Source of the DNA: Azolla caroliniana
Lineage: Eukaryota > Plantae > Polypodiophyta
Direction: 5' to 3'
Assembly: GCA_043228905.1 (NCBI GenBank)
Contig: JBHGNT010000013.1
Location: 3,348,001 to 3,412,000, forward strand
Length of the DNA: 64,000 nucleotides
Numbering within the stretch: the stretch's first letter is position 1; each line of letters opens with the position of its first letter. Below the pieces are notes generated by a model, which saw only the letters and a program-made list of their open reading frames with translations, was not told the DNA's origin and did no database searches. The translations under genes were made by a program, and so were the position numbers. Shown here in pieces: positions 61,040 to 64,000 of this stretch.

Positions 61040-64000
61040 ACATAGGCAAGACAACCGAACACCCTTAGATGTCAATATGAGACATCTTTGCCGCTCCACG
61101 TCCTTTGTGGAAGATCACCATCCAAGGGTACTAAGGCTGATCGATTTATCACATATGTGGCCATCATCAGCACCTCGGCCCAAAATGTCTTTGATAACTT
61201 TGCATGTGCAAGCATACTTCGAACCCTCTCCATTACGGTCCTGTTCATACTCGCGGCCAGCCTATTAAGTTCTGGCATGTTTGGCACGGTATACTCGAGC
61301 TGGATTCCTTGTGCTCGGCAATATTCGTCGAACGGTCCGCGGTACTCTCCGCCATTGTCCGCTCAAACTGCCTTCAACTTTCGTTCGGTTTCCCTCTCAG
61401 CCCTCGCTTGGAACTCTTTGAAGACGGATAATATTTGATCCTTTGTCTTCAACACAGACGCCCACAACTTCCGGCTATAGTCATCTATGAAGGCCACGAA
61501 ATATTGTGACCCAGCATGACACTTCATGTATATGTAGCATACATTCGTATGCACTAGTTCCAACGACATTTTCTTCCTCATCAAGGGCCTCAATCAGAAC
61601 AAGGTTCGATTTTTTTTGCCAGCCAGGTAATCAACACACTTTTCCAGATGCACTTTCTTCATCTCCAGCAAGAGGTCTTTCGCACCTAACATCTGCATTC
61701 CCGTCTGGCTCATGTGGCATAGCCTCTTGTGCCATAGCTCACCGGTTGTGTCGGTTGCCACGTTTACTTCCCCTCGGCATAATCAAGCATTAATTATGTA
61801 CATTGTGTTGGTTTTCTAGGCTCGAGCCATGATCAGGCTCCCCTTGCAGAACTTCATGACTCTTTTCTGGATGTTACCCGTGTAGCCTTCGTCATCCAAC
61901 TGACCGACTGATATCAAGTTTAGTTGAACTTCCGGAACATGTTGAACATCTCTCAGCACTAGTCTTCACCCGATCAATGTCACCACACACACATCTCCAA
62001 TGTTGACTATTCGGTATGCTCCTTCATTCCCCATTTTTACAAGACCGTGATCTCCAGCCTTGTATGATGAGAAGCAGTTTTGGTCGGGGGTTAGGTGAAA
62101 CGATGCACCCGAATCAACCACCCATGTCGATTCTTCACTGATGAGATTGACCTCATTTTGTTCACTAAGGAACAATAGCTCCTCTTCACTCGTGGCGATT
62201 GCTAAGGTGTTCTTTCGGTCCAGTATTTTCTTCGGCTCTACACCATCAGCTCCCCCTTTCTCCTTTCGAAAGTGTTGGCAATTCTTTTGGAAGTGACAAT
62301 AAAAGCACGTGGGCCTTCCCCTGACTTCGACCTTGTCGCTGACTTATCTCGATTCTGTGGACTTCGATTTCGGCCTCTTCCTCGATTTGTATCACTTTCC
62401 GTGACAACGGCCTCCAGGTCGGTATTGGACTCTCGGTCGTTCCGGCGAGCTTCATCATTCAACAAGCTCGACTTCACTTGCTCTAGGCATAAGTGTTTCC
62501 ATTTCGGTCCTGCATTGCCTAATGTGACAACTGTTTGGAAGGGATCCCAGCAACAACAGTGCTAATACCTCGTCAGCAAGAGGTACTTCTAGAGAGGTGG
62601 TTTAATTCATCAGTCCTCGGAAGGCATTAATATGCTCCGCCACGTTGGAGCCATCTTGATACCAGGGTCTCACGATTTTTATGAAAACTGAGACTCTGTT
62701 CATGACGTTCTTGTTTTCAAACATCACGCTATCGCGAAGATTGTGGTTGTGTTTCGCAACCGCCGGGGTTCTGTGACTCGGGGATGATCGGGGTGAAAAC
62801 GCGTAATCGCAAACATTGTGATGACAAGAAGCCGAGAAGGCAAGATAAATGCAACGTTGTCGCAAAAAGAATTTTACTTGTAAAACAACCACTTACAATA
62901 TTGAGAAGACTTGAACTCACAAACTCTATTTGAGAAGAAGCATTTGAGATAGACCACTTCAATCTCTATGGTTTCTATTTATTTGTCTTTCTCTTTCACT
63001 TTATATATACTAGATTTATATTACAAAATTTGATTAACAAAAGAAATTATTTGAAAAGGATTTGAACTTGCAACTTTTTGTTTACAAAGAGGCGTTTGAG
63101 ATACACCACTTTAACTTCTTCCTTTTCTTGTATCCCTTTTCTTTTCTTTAACTCTTGTATTGATTTATGTAGGCCACCATCTTCTTTGGCGAGCTCTGCA
63201 TCCCATACCCACGCGAGCTTCTTCACTCGCTTTTCCTTCTCCTCCCCTCTTTCCTTTAGCCACCATAGGCGTGGCTTATATAGGGTGGTCAACCGCCCTA
63301 CCGCCCTCTTTAGGCGGTTGACAAACCGCCTCATGCAAGGCGGTTGTATTTTTATTTTTATTTTATTTTATTTTATTTTCTTTATTTATTGATGCTACAA
63401 TTCAATTTTATAGTTCTCTATTTAAGAAATTATAGAAATAGCCCTTATTTAATTTTGACTCCCCCTTTTGACATAATTACATTTTTGTCCCAAGTAACAT
63501 TAATCCTTCCGAAGCTTGTATCTTGGGCTTCTGATCTCCAATTCACGAACTAAAAATTCCTTCACACTCCTTGTCATAAGATCCAGATGGGAAATGTACT
63601 TCTATAGATTTTTGACATTGTTTTCACATCGTGAAGTGTCAACTTCACGACAACACCAATCTTCTTCCAGATGACGTCGGCACTCGTCTCCTCATCAAAG
63701 TTGTTGTATAGACTCATGTCTATAAAACACCTTATATATGTTGCCGCCTTCAGATGCATGACTTCCCAAGTTGATGCATCGATCTTGTCTGGCCTTTTAA
63801 CTCCAAATTGCACCGGTAGCCGAAGGTCTTTGCACACGAGCATGTCCAACATCTTCGACTTCCACATTAAGTAGTTGGAGCTGGTTAACTTGAACATGTT
63901 GCCGAATGATTCTTCCATCGCTTTGATACCACTTTGTTATGATCGGGACCGGCCACAACCTGATCTACTCCAAATGTTCGAGTTCACGACGAGATACATA
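61040..64000 (-). mobile_element. 5' part of a Tnt1/Tork-like copia (LTR from about 63935, iMet PBS 63920-63931, gag ATG 63918, PR, INT)
   Basis: WVVDSGASFH, FIDDYSRKLW, RTVMERVRSML; gag KIGV|MFENK is split by a solo LTR. Confidence 0.85.
62730..63652 (-). repeat. Solo LTR of the TGTCG-terminus gypsy lineage
   Basis: TGTCGTGAAG...CTTCGCGATA; TSD ACGC/ACAC. Confidence 0.8.

Larger units (their letters stand above)
56385..61040 (-). mobile_element. Heavily deleted copia split by two solo LTRs
   Basis: gag KFDGSNF and LLMSSLP (start about 60418), PR WFLDSGVSFH, RT KARLVAKGF and IYMDD, RH DNVAD. Confidence 0.78.

Noticed and set aside
63058-63069. B-box-like AAGTTCAAATCC in the solo LTR
   Set aside because: Sense orientation, downstream of the TATA and no A box, so it does not fit the U3 pattern.

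Overview
The window is eukaryotic, almost certainly land-plant, DNA. It is probably a bryophyte such as Physcomitrium, which I infer only from the element types present. It is a gene-free nest of LTR retrotransposons from three lineages. (1) Non-chromovirus Ty3/gypsy elements with TGTCG...CGACA termini, a tRNA-Trp primer binding site (PBS), 4-bp target-site duplications (TSDs), a Gag-protease ORF1 and an RT-RH-INT ORF2. These comprise one apparently intact copy (11842-19261), several decayed copies, a gag-only non-autonomous copy and solo LTRs. (2) Tf1/sushi/Tcn1-like chromoviruses with a self-priming PBS and a chromodomain, including a rearranged two-element composite (20925-30921). (3) Many decayed Ty1/copia elements with an iMet PBS and 5-bp TSDs. 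No host gene, rRNA, intact tRNA or CRISPR array is supported. The strongest observations are: all seven readable insertions of the Trp-primed gypsy lineage sit in a 4-bp N-CG-N target; LTRs of two gypsy lineages carry outward-facing tRNA-like A-box/B-box modules in U3; a conserved G_GAU_UUU slippery site plus pseudoknot lies after the protease; hairpins may mask the 3' copy of the chromovirus self-primer; and one solo LTR holds an array of CUUG-tetraloop hairpins. All coordinates and counts were read by eye and need computational confirmation.
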